Shown here piece by piece: positions 24,625-36,316 of a stretch of DNA of 64,000 nucleotides. Source of the stretch: Paraspadella gotoi (lineage: Eukaryota > Animalia > Chaetognatha); the NCBI GenBank assembly GCA_051294375.1, contig CM119265.1, positions 22,010,278 through 22,074,277 on the forward strand, in the 5' to 3' direction. A program made the position numbers and the translations under genes. The first letter of the stretch is position 1; every line of letters starts with the position of its first letter. The notes under the pieces are model-generated. The model ran no database searches. It was given only the letters and a program-made list of their open reading frames with translations, and was not told the origin of the DNA.

Positions 24625-27511
24625 ACTTTTTAATTTTCTTTCTATATGTCTTTCTCTCCTTCATGAGCTGTAGTTATTTGATATTCGACGCAGGTTATCA
24701 TTATGGAATCTTCACTTGCGAGAGTTGCAAAGGATTTTTTAAACGAACAGTGCAAAATAAGAAAAACTACTTCTGCCACAACAACGATGGTAAGCAATAT
24801 GCTAATCTTGGGCCTCGGTTCCACTTTGGAAGCATCCAATTTTCGTTGCAGGAAAATGCTTGATCACTACCGAGAATCGAAAAAAATGCCCGTCGTGCCG
24901 ATTCACAAAATGCCTGAAGGCAGGAATGAGAACGGACGCCATTCGATTGGACAGAACGAGGGGTGGACGCTCATTTTATTATACGAAGGTTGGTCGACCC
25001 GTTTTTCTTCACCATCTCACTCTTTAACTCTGCCTGTATCGCTCTCCAGAAATCTGCCAAGACCCCGTCGACGCCATTCAATCGACCCGCGGAACAGACT
25101 TCGAAACCAGGAACGCCGTCTCGATCCACGTCGGGGAAATCGACGCCCGTGCCGACCATCGGGTGAGCTAATCTTAGTTTTCGACGTTTAACTTTATTTA
25201 TTAAATGTTTTTTTTTTTTATTAATTGTGACGGTCGAATTGTTTATACAGCATGGTCAATGGAAATAGCTCTGTCATCACCATCTCTTCTCAGGTAAGGG
25301 GTAAATAATTGTGAGAAAAGGGACTCGTGTAGGAGATAGATTCCATTTCCTATAGGCTATCTCTACACTAGAAGTCGTAACAATTCGCATTAATTATTAA
25401 CGTACTTATTCCTACTTTAATGTCCAGTACTTGTTCAACCATCTTATCCCGTAGTTGAGCAGCGAACCGAATAAAATGTATGTATAACGTTTTGTTTTAT
25501 AGAATCAAAATCCGCGATTCATCGCCGCCTCTACGGCATCCACGTCTCCTCAATCTGCTCAAGAGTTCGGGTTAAACAGGTTCGATCGCTGAAAATTACA
25601 AATTAAGATTATACAATATACATACCTAGCAGATTTTTGATACAACTACATTTTGTATTTTTACACCCCTCTCCTCAAGATTGATGCTACAAATCGGCAT
25701 TCTGCCAGATGATTGCACACCCGTGATCCCTTCACTAGTCAAAGAGCTTCAAAAGGTCGAGGTTTTATGGAACTACGAACCGCACGAAAGAAATCAAACT
25801 TGCTGTTACAACCGGGTAACTCTAATATTGATCATTTCAGAAATCAGATCAATGCAAATATACTATGTCGCTTTTTTTGTTGTTATGGTCATTTGTAGTT
25901 TTGATTTTCGTCTAACTCGATTATTTCCCCGCCACCCCCCCTGTCCCCCATGAGGTGACGGATAACGATCCCGACCTCTTCATTTCCCTCTGCCACTTCG
26001 CCGACCATCGTCTCTACAAAATCGTCAAATGGGCGAGGAACATGCCTTTTTTCGATGTGTTGCCGGTTGGTTTATATTCATTTTTGTGTTCTTTGTTCGG
26101 ATCCGTTGGTGGACAACCTTTCGTAAGAAATATCTTTTTCTTTCAGACCGATGATCAGATTACTCTTCTTCAAGCTTCGTGGTGTCAACTCTTGATTTTG
26201 GGTAAGTTTCATATTTTTTGCGGCAAGCATCATACGTAATACGTAATAACATGTTTAAAGTTTTTCTTAAAAACTAGAAAAGAAAACCTTGGGTGTAGTA
26301 TCTGACAAAAATGTTAATAAGTCTGTTGGACTTCTTGGAATTCTTGAATAACTAAAATAAAAAAATTCTTGAAGAATAGAAGTAACAAAATTTAAGCCCA
26401 TAACATTGTTGAATGTGCATTGTGCAACCCATCTTCTCTCGCTCACTCTTATAAGGCGTGGCCTTTAACTCGATGCATTTGCGAAACACGCTTCAAGTAT
26501 CCTTCGGTCGCGAACTGACTCGCTCGGCGCTTGACAGGATCCACCAGCAGAACGTCTTTGATGACGTCGTCGGCCTCACCGACTTTTTGCGCAAGAAACA
26601 TCTCGACAGGAACGAGTACATCTGTTTGAAGGCGCTCATTCTCTACAACCCCGGTCGGTTTATTGAGTTTTTTTCTTAATAAAACAAGTCCATCATTAGA
26701 TTGTTTTCTTTCGAAGACGTGAAAGGTATCAGAGGCAACGAACCGCTTCGCAATGGACAGGACGCCGTCGTCGACGCGCTTTTCCTCTATTGCACCACCC
26801 ATTCCCCTTCGACACCCAACAAGTTAGCTAAGATTTGACTAGGGGCAGCCGATGCTTGAGGCACTCAGCTTACCCCCTTTTAAAAGATTATGCTCAAAGA
26901 ATCTAAGAGATTCTACGCTGTGCCGTTTGAGCACAACGGGCCTCAGCAGAGGCTTTGGCCTGAACCCTTTTTTAATCCTATTTCCATAAGTTAATTTTTT
27001 AAAACGGAAAATAAATCTTATAGGAAAACCGAAAATTAGAGTATTTTTACATAATGTCGAACTCGAAACGTTAAAAATGTTGGATTACAAATTATTTAAA
27101 TGACGATTGTCAATATTTTGTTGTTATTTCCGAATAAAAATATTTTCTGTTTTCCTGGATTACGACAGTAATGTTGTATATTTATCGAATTTTTCATCTC
27201 TTCAATATGCAAATAAGATTAAAGTACTTTAATGCAATCTTATTGCAGGTACGCAGATCTTATCTTGAAATTAATGGAAATCCAGCGAATTGCCATCTCA
27301 CTCAAAAAAGGTAATGACCTATGACTCAGTTCATCGTGGTGGGAAACATTTTTTATTCTTTTATGTTATATTTTACTTTTCAGATCTTTCAAAGCGATTT
27401 GAAGAAGGACAACTTCCCCGATGTTCATTGATGTTGGAGTTGCTTAAGGGTCAAAAACCTCAACACTGTCAACAGTCCACTCAAAAGCCTTCTCACTCAT
27501 CAGATACTTAA
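20958..27511 (+). CDS. HR39: Nuclear receptor HR39 / NR5B (FTZ-F1 family), about 20 exons
   Basis: [38 protein letters not shown]...RKKCPSCRF with FTZ-F1 box [30 protein letters not shown]...[30 protein letters not shown] and AF-2 [23 protein letters not shown] and [11 protein letters not shown] favour HR39 over FTZ-F1. The long Ser/Pro-rich N-terminus and the start are less certain. Confidence 0.88.
22358..22430 (-). tRNA. tRNA-Lys(CTT)
   Basis: Reverse complement GCCCGGTTAGCTCAGTCGGTAGAGCACAGGACTCTTAATCCTGGGGTCGTGGGTTCGAGCCCCACATTGGGCG: 73 nt, A and B boxes, anticodon CTT, with a T5 run about 15 nt downstream. Confidence 0.97.
24305..24645. repeat. (TTTC)n pyrimidine microsatellite in an HR39 DBD intron
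   Basis: Long TTTC runs with a duplicated ttcattcatcctttcttccatt unit. It accounts for the spurious F/L/S-rich ORFs here. Confidence 0.95.
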
Positions 27512-28310
27512 CTATTCATTTTTTTCTCGTCATCAAGGGAGCTTCCTTATTCCTTGAAAAAAAATATTTTTCTGGTGCGATAATAATCCATAAATCATCT
27601 CTTAGGTTAGTGGGATTTTGTTTTATTAAATCTCGAATTGGATATAGTATTTCTCGAATTAAAAAGCTACTGATATTATTATCTTATAAGTGGATATTTC
27701 ATTAATAATTTTTTTTAGAGAAAATAAATATTATTGATTACTCTTGATGCTACATTACTTATTTGATTAACATGAAATTTTTATTTTAATTGTAAATGAT
27801 TTTTAAACTGTGCAACACGCAAACTCTAGTTCAAAATATCGAAAACATAACTTTTGCCAGTATTTATATAACCCCAAGAGTGTCCTTAAAGCTGAGAATT
27901 TAGAGAAAGATTTACTGAATGCTTAAGTAGCATTGTAAATGAATTACAGTTCTTGAAAAGAAAGCTTTCTGAAGTGAAGAGAATATTACATAATGAAGCT
28001 GCGCTGTATATGCTTTACGCATAAAACACGCTCCTCTCCAAACTCATGGCTCAGAACCGTATTATAAGTCTAAATTTATTCTAGTCACTTAAAAACCGAA
28101 AACCTATTCGCTTAGCCATACAATGAACGTTTAAATGTTCAATATTTTTTGTCGCTTTCTTTCTGCCTCGCCTTACCGTAAATTTGTAAACTGTAATTGT
28201 GATAAAATTTGGTTCTCATTGAAATAAAAAATAACCTTTTAAGTTTTTATTTAAGTAATAAAATTAAACGGGAAATAGATAAGTAAATATCTTCTATTTC
28301 TTCTGATATA

Positions 28311-29213
28311 CCCTGTGTCCGTCGCGAGCGACACCAAAAAAAATGCTCACCATTTCTCATTGGATCAGTATTTTTTTTTTTCTCCTATCTTAGAGCAAAG
28401 TACTGAACGTTTATCATATCCTAATTTCATAAAAATTATTTTATATTTACTTATGTAAAGAAACCTTTATTAAATTCAATAATTTCATTTTAAGTAAAAA
28501 AACTATATATTTTTTTTAAAATTCATTATAAATTAAATACTCAAAAGTTTTGAATTTGAGATACACCATTAAATAAAACATTAACTTGGAATTGTTATGG
28601 TATAAAATAATCATTAAAAACAGTCAAGAACATATTCAGAATAACATTTTTTTCGAATTATTTTTATTTTTATATACAGCTGAAAAAATAAATAATTCAG
28701 CTGCAGCAACATTTTAATTTTTGACTAAATAATTTTTGGGCTTGATAATATCCGCATCTAATTCCCCTAAACTGTGCTAAGTAAAGCGTTTTAAAGGGGG
28801 AGACCCATATGACTTTCAACCAAAACATCAAAATATCAACCGTCTACGAACTGTAGTTCAATCTTTCAGAAGCGTTTATGAAGAGCAGCTGTGATTCTTT
28901 TAGGTGCTGTGGCAGGAGTGGTTTTTGCAGCATTGTCGCATTGTATTAATAGTTAAAACAAGGTTTAAATGCACCTGATGCGTTACCAAAAAAAAACGGA
29001 TTTTCTAACTTTTGAATCACAACCCTTTTTTGGTTAATTTTACTAAGACAAAAACTTCTACTTAGAATAGTAAATGAATAAAACACGAAATGAAACTTAT
29101 AGTTATACACAAAAAACGTCAGTAAGTCTTTAACTAATGATGTATTTTTTAATTATCTTTATTAGATATAAAAAATATAGTAAATATTTTTTTTTTGTCA
29201 CTCGCGAACGGGG
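28311..29213. mobile_element. Probable MITE with degenerate TIRs
   Basis: TA|ccctgtgtccgtcgcgagcgacaccaaaaaaa on the left and ttttttgtcactcgcgaacgggg|TA on the right form an imperfect inverted pair around about 850 bp of AT-rich DNA. Confidence 0.5.
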
Positions 29214-29342
29214 TATTATGCAGTTGAAAAATTAGCTCGCTTTTATGATTAATAATCGATAATAATTGATTATACAAACTTTTTTACACATTAGTGTACG
29301 TAAACGTGACCTTTATGAAACCCTGAAGAAACCATCGCCTCG

Positions 29343-29391
29343 AGGCTAAAGTTTTACTCGAAACTGCTCAGTAAAAGTAAAACTTTAGCCT
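29343..29391. repeat. Perfect 16-bp inverted repeat (possible minimal transposon remnant)
   Basis: AGGCTAAAGTTTTACT, 17-nt spacer, AGTAAAACTTTAGCCT. Confidence 0.8.
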
Positions 29392-29747
29392 TAACTTGCT
29401 TTGCGGGTTATTGGACCAGAAGCTGTCTGAATTAGGATCGATCTGCACTTAAAAGATTTTAAAAGATTTTTTAAAAGCTCGTTTCTGTTTCGACTCTGAA
29501 AATTTTAGTTTTGAGACAAAAAATGGTTGTCTCGTTAAAATATACAAAATCAGTCTAAATTTTCTTTTTCTGCGTTTATCAGTGAACGGTTTATCGGTAA
29601 CATATGAGGTTTTCTACCTTTTTAAATAATAGAGTGGGATTGCTTTTTCTCTCAATTACATAACTAATTTCATTTCGCTTTTTTGTTGATTATACAGCAA
29701 TAATTCATCACTTGGAAACATCCCAGAAAAAGAAAACTAAGAATAAG

Positions 29748-31329
29748 ATGGATCTCCTCCTTTCTCCTTTCATCCAAATCTCGGCTTTCCTAAGAAACTT
29801 GATCCGTATCGTACCGGAGATCCCAGTCGCTGTTGCTTTTGGTTTCTACATGGACGGATTCCGGGGCGCCCGCAACCTTCTGAAGCGGTTGATTCGAGGC
29901 CAAGGCGAACGCCGTTCCGACGGATTGGCGCAGCTCCCGTTGTTCTCCATCCGCGGCGTCTTTTTGCCCGCTTTCCCTTGGTTTGATAAGGAGTCTTACG
30001 AATCTGCCCTCGACTCCATCGCCGACTTCCCTCTCCGAGACGACGATGTAATCGTCATTTCTTATCAAAAATGTGGCCATCATTTTATCCACGAGGTGCT
30101 ACATATGCTGTTGTCTGGGGAGGCCAGGCTGAATCCAAAGACGAAAATAGAGAATTTCTTGGAAGTTTTCCCGCGTCCATCTGAATATTTTTCCAAGATG
30201 AAGTCGCCCCGAGTGATTTTGACCCACTTACCATACAATTTCTTACCCAAACGTATCTTCGCTGGAAATTGCAGAATCATCAGGCTGTCTCGGTACGCCA
30301 CGTTTGTACTTACTTAATATATATAATTATATACACACATATATATGAAATTGATACAAGCAATATAAAAATTAACCATTCATTTAATAAATATTAAATA
30401 AGCTATCTTCCCCTAGACTTATATAATATTTATATATATTTGTGGATAAGGCGCTAAGCGAGCTGAAGAGTGCAACGTCTTTAACCCCTCTAGTAGTAAT
30501 TGATCGGGTCCTGCTCCTGGGCTTGGAACCATGATTGAGGGTTTTCCCCGCCACCAAGCCTTGGGTGCCAAGGCGGTTTACGGTCGTTCTCACGCAGGGT
30601 AGGCACCATCGAGGATCGATATCGGTGCCTAATGTTTGCGAGCTGATGGCTTTACTCAATGAGCCACCAACATAAAGAGACATATTTTTAATCGGGATGA
30701 ACTTGACTCAATCATTCGAAGATTATTGATATCAAATTAATTTTTTCTTAGGAACCCAAAGGACATGCTGGTGTCCTACTACAACCACTGCAGTTCTATG
30801 AAAATTTACTTTTACGATGATACCCTAGAGAACTTTTTGAAAATGAACCTGAGCTCGCCTTGCGAAGTGGAGTACGGATCTTACTTCGAATACGAGTTAG
30901 AATATCACCGGCAATTGCGCGGAAATGATCACGTGATTCACATTACGTTCGAGCAGCTGAAAAAACAACCGGCGGAGACGATGAAAAAACTTGGTGGATT
31001 TTTGGGCCTTGATCACGGCGAAGAATTTTATCGAAAGGTAAGTCACTAATCGACGATCTATCTTAATGTAGTATGTTTAACATTTGCTCATTCATGACTT
31101 ATTATCTTACGACCAGGTGGCCGATGCTAGCTCTTTTGATCGAGTCAAGGCGAGCAAGGACTCGGCCTACAAAACAATGGTGAAGCCCGGCCGATCGATC
31201 TACCGGCGCGGCGTTGTCGGCGATTGGCGACGAAGTTTGACCGTCGCCATGAACGACGCTATCGATGCCAAGATCGAGGCAGAATGGGCAGGGACCCCGC
31301 TAATTGACTTTTACGACTACGGGGAATGA
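29748..31329 (+). CDS. Cytosolic-type sulfotransferase (Sulfotransfer_1), 3 exons
   Basis: RDDDVIVISYQKCGHHF (5'-PSB), SPRVILTHLP (catalytic His), RNPKDMLVSYYNH (3'-PB) and RRGVVGDW. Confidence 0.9.
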
Positions 31330-32657
31330 GAAAATCAAAATTATACGTTTCCATAAGTTAAAAAGGGTCTTATTTACGTACGTAGTTGGTAAGTGATGAT
31401 TTTTTGTATTTCCAATTAGCTCATTGCATTACAAAAAGGCTTCAAATAAGCGTAACCACCGTTTTCCGAATTTTTTTTCTTGTATTTTTCCCTTATTTTG
31501 TTATATTTTTGGGTATTAATTTTGTAGTTTTAGTATTTTGTAATACAAAGAATTATTAGTTAATAGTCATTGGTCAACCAATTCATTATTTTGAGTGAAA
31601 ACAAGACAATCAGACTGATGATAGCAACGTTCATCTAGCTAGATAAAAATCCGGTTTTAATTAACTAATATTCTTTGGGATTTTCTTACCCTTTATGACG
31701 ATTTCTGAGACAATAATGAGCGAAAATTATTTCAATGCGTCAACTTGTACGAAAAAAAAATCAGCGAGGGGGTTTCTCAATCGGGGCAGGTCATAAGTGA
31801 GTCGGTGCTTTTTTTTTTCGGGGCCTGCGAAGAGCGAATCCTCGCAATTTCTTGTGCACAAAGGGCGTCGACTTAAAACTCCCGATCTCGGCTTTGGACC
31901 GAAGTTACTCTCGTCGTCGTAAAAAGCGACGATGGTTGGGACGACGACGACGAAAATGACGACGACCACTCCGACAGATGCTCAATGTCGATGATGGCAA
32001 ATTCGGGTTTATTTTTTGGGATTAGCGCAACTGAACGCACCTCATTGGATGTTTTTTTTTATTTTTTCAAGCATCTGTTTTCTGGCATCTCGCTCCCTGA
32101 AAAGTCGAATTTGTGGAACGGTTTCAACGGTGATTTTGCTGCCTCTCACTTTTTCGCTTTCTCCTTTTCATTTTGAACCAACAGGTGACCTCACAGCCAA
32201 AGCTCAGGAATGAATCTCCGTCCTTCAAGAATTTGAAGTCATCTTCCAAGCGGAAATACTTTTTTACGACATTTAGCAGAAATAAAAAAATTTGTATCAA
32301 AGGTTTGCACCCATTTTTATTTAAATACCCCGTGCACGTAATTTTATCCTCTTCTTATCCAGGCTTTTCTCGAATTTTATGAATTGTTTTATCTCTTCGT
32401 CTGTTTGTCTTTTTTATTTTTGTTGTTGTTTCCTTCACCTTTTTTCTAATTTATTGCATTGCTTTTGTTCATTTGCTTTTGTTTCATTTGTTCATTTTTT
32501 TCTTTCTTCCATTTTCTTTCTTTTTTATTTTCTTATCAGTGTAGTTGTCCTCTACCGTCAATGACAGTGCATATCTAAATACGTAATAGATTTCTAAATT
32601 AATTTAATTAAAATTAAATGAATCTCGATTCTCAGCGCAACTTTGCGTCAAATAACA

Positions 32658-35600
32658 ATGGAAGAACCAAAATTGCGACACAGCGAAGGCGGAAAAGAAG
32701 AAGGAAGAAAAGGTGGTCGGGGAGAAGGAGGAAAGCGAGGTCGACGATCGAGAATGGAGGAAGAGGAGGAAGCTGGAGAGGGTAGCAGCAGCAGTAGCGG
32801 CGGCGACAGGGGAGACAGGAGAAGCGGTGAGACGCCCCGGTCTATCGCCGACTCACGACAAAAATATTTCTTTGTTTTCTTTTAAAAATCGAGGCACGCC
32901 CTACACGACAGCCTCCAACGGGCGACCGAGCAGCTCCCAAAACATTCACAAGAAGAAAGAGTCGCAAAGATCGGCGCCGCAAAAACCCACGACTGGAATC
33001 GCCGCTACCGGTGAGGAGAAGCGAAGGCGGACGACTTCGAAAGAGGCGATCAAAGCCATCGACGACGCTATCAAGAACGAGGAAAATCCCAAGGGGTTAG
33101 TTTATCTTGATTCCCTATCACACCAACAGAATAATGCTATGATTTCAAAACTACAGGCTTTCGACCAAACGGAAGTGCATTTTCGCGCTGGGGGCGTTCA
33201 TGGTCATCTGTGGTGTGAGCGTGGCTCTCGGCGTCGGTCTGACTCAGAATGGTAACTCTGATTATGACGGTTACGGATTCAACAATTTCGCCGTCACATC
33301 TGATCACGGCAATTGCTCCGTGATCGGAAGGTAAGTTTTAAAGGTCTTGTCACGTAAGTTGATCGACTGATCCCCTTCAAATAATGTTCACTCAGGGACA
33401 TCTTGAGGGAGGGAGGATCAGCCGTCGACGCCGCCGTCGCCGCCGCTTTCTGCACCAGTGTCTTTCAGCCGCAGTGCAGCGGCATGGGCGGAGGTGAAGC
33501 TGCAATGACCTTCTCGTAACGTTGTCGTTGAGAAAGTTTTTCATGACCCATTGATCTGATAATAGGTTTGGTTCTCGTCGCCTACAAACAAAAGACGCAG
33601 GAGGTTGACGTCATTGACGGGTTGCCCGCCGTTCCGTCCAATCCTCTTGAACGTTCGAAACAAAGTAAAGATAATTTCCAAATAAAATCTTACTCTATGA
33701 AATTGGTACACCGATATAAAAAATATTTATTGAAACTGACTTTAACTTCAGAGGGAGCGGCAGTGGCAGTGCCCGGGCAATTGGCCGGTCTGTGGTTGGC
33801 GCATCAGCGACATGGCAAGCTTCCGTGGAACAAACTTGTTAGTCCGACCATTGAACTTTTGAAAGGCGGAGGTGTTACGCTTTCCAAAGCAAGTTTTGTT
33901 GCGGCGTATTGATTCATTGTTCAATATTATTAAAATTATGATTCTTCGTTCAGTTTATGCTGCATACTTTGCGAAGTCGTTCTGATCTCTCAAAAATTAT
34001 TTCTTCTTCGCCCTCTTTATGGTAAGTCCTCATAATAATAATATAAATATGTTTTATTCACGCCTATAGAATAAGTTGATAAAAAATTTTAACGTTCATA
34101 ATAACGATTCCTGAATGCTTTGAGTGAATTAAAACCAAACTTTCGATGATAAAAGATTGGGTAACTTTATTCTAGTACAGCTGAAGTTGAGCTGTTAAAT
34201 TGTCTTTAATTGTTCCAGTTCCATATTATGCGACGAGATGGGACAACCCGCCATTCTGGAATCTTTTCGCCCGAACTTTGCTGCGCTTCTCTCTTCTTTA
34301 GAGAGAGTCGCTGTTTTGGGGATAGACTATTTGTATCGATACACTTTTGGCCCCGCGACGGCGACGAAGACGCTTGAAATTGAGGTCAAGAAAAAAGGTT
34401 TGAACTCGATGCTCATCGGTCAAGCATTTCAGGGATCAGCGAGAGTTATAACGTCGTTTGTAACTTATATTTCAAATAGTATCTATTATATATTCGGGCA
34501 GGTGGGACTTTGTCGTCAAACGACCTTACCTCGTATAATGGCAAAATACGGCAGCCGTTTGTCAAGCGAATCGATGGATATACCTTCCTCGCTCCACCTC
34601 TTCCATCTTTCGGTTTTGTTATTCCTACAGGTAGGTATTTGGGTGTTAACTACAAATAATATCTATGTATTGTGTTGTTACTGTTTTGATTTTCTAAATT
34701 TCCTAAGCTTTGAATCTGCTAAGCCACTATCAGTTGTCCACAATGGCCAAAAAATATCCGCACCAATTTTACCACCACGTATTGTCAGCTCTTCAAGTAG
34801 TTTTTGAGGAAGCGGAAAAAATCATCATAGAAGCCAAAAATGGCAAGTATGAATGGGACGATATACCGGTAAGCGAAAGTTGTGACTGGAAGAGCGTGTT
34901 TACAGGCTAAAACAATTATTATACATTTTTTTTTTCGGAATCTATCGAAAAGACATACTCGAAGTTACGCCAAGATCTCAATCACGAAAAACAAATGAAG
35001 AAGAGAATGGAGACATTTATAAAAGGACGAACGGAAAACATGCGGAACACCTCCTTTTTAGATCAGTTCGAGATCGACCTTAATAAAAGTATTTATTTTT
35101 TTTATTTTAATTCATGTTAGCGCTAATTAAGGTTATTGATTATTTTGAAAGCATTAACAACTATTTTTCTCGATATATTTTAGATATGCAATGCGGCAAT
35201 AATATTCACGTTATAGCCCAAGATGGTGATGGTGCTTCTTTAACATTTGGAACGTCCAGTTATTTCGGAGCTGGTAAGTCACTTCCGTATGCCATTAAAA
35301 TTATAAATAATGATGCAGTTTAAAAGTCGTTAAGGAAATTATTTGCTATTATGATTAGATTATGATATGTCGCTTTTTCTCAGGTTTTTCATCTAATGCC
35401 ACAGGAATAATTTTCAATTCTGCCATGCGAAAAGTTTTCCTAAATAAAAAGACTGGTAAATTATGGCTATTGATATCGTAAACCTAAAAATCTTATTTGT
35501 TGAATGAAAGTATAATTAAACCATTTTTATATTGATTGTGCCAATTTCCTAAAAATAAGTTCTCACTAATCTCCATTAAAATCCCAGGCGCTCGCCTTTT

Positions 35601-36075
35601 GTCTTCTCTTTCCTCACTTACGGTTTTGGACGAAACGGGTAACCTGCGATTACAGGTGGCGGGCGTGGGCGGCGGCGTTGCGGGCCTAACTGGCGCTGTA
35701 TTCGCTTCGTACCGCCATCTGTGGCTAAAACAAATGCCGTATGAAGCAACATCTGCTCCAGTCCTCGTACGCGGAATCAGCAATAGAAATCTTTATTACG
35801 AAAGCAAAACTGACGGGTCATTGGTTCGGAATTTGAGAGGAAAGGGATACGAAGTGAGGAACACCTTTTGCAATCTTTGAAAGAAATATATGATAATTTT
35901 AATTTTAAAATATTTATCACAACTGCGGTTTTTTTTTTCATCGTAGATGAGGGAAGCGCCGGACGAGTTTGTCTTTGGCGTCGATATGATTGCGAAAATA
36001 GAAAAGGACCAAAAGAAGATTTACGCATATGCAGACCGCAGAAAGGGAGAAGATGCCTTTGCCTCGGGAGAATGA
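32658..36075 (+). CDS. Gamma-glutamyltranspeptidase-like type II membrane protein, probably catalytically inactive, about 12 exons
   Basis: TM anchor, then AVTSDHGNCSVIGRDILREGGSAVDAAVAAAFC...SGMGGG, AVPGQLAGLWLAHQRHGKLPW, TGIIFN and C-terminal ADRRKG...SGE*. Confidence 0.85.
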
Positions 36076-36316
36076 GTTAATGGAGGATTACTTTGTTGTT
36101 GTTGTGTTTTTGTTCGATTATCATGTTCATTACATTTCTTGTAATACTGGATACGTGAATACGTAAATACTGGATTCTTTCTGACAAACCTTTATAAAAA
36201 GATAATTTTTTTACGCACGCTGTGAAGCTATCTGCGTAAACCTGGGATAATCATTTTATTTGGGGGGTAACCATTTTATTTGGGCAATAAAAGACAATAA
36301 AACGACAAATTAAGGA

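Noticed and set aside
24290-24690. F/L/S-rich membrane-like ORFs
   Set aside because: They are read-through of the (TTTC)n intron of HR39.
30460-30495. Hammerhead ribozyme or telomerase RNA template
   Set aside because: CTGAAGA lacks the downstream GAAA core, and TTAACCCCT is not a proper 1.5-repeat template.
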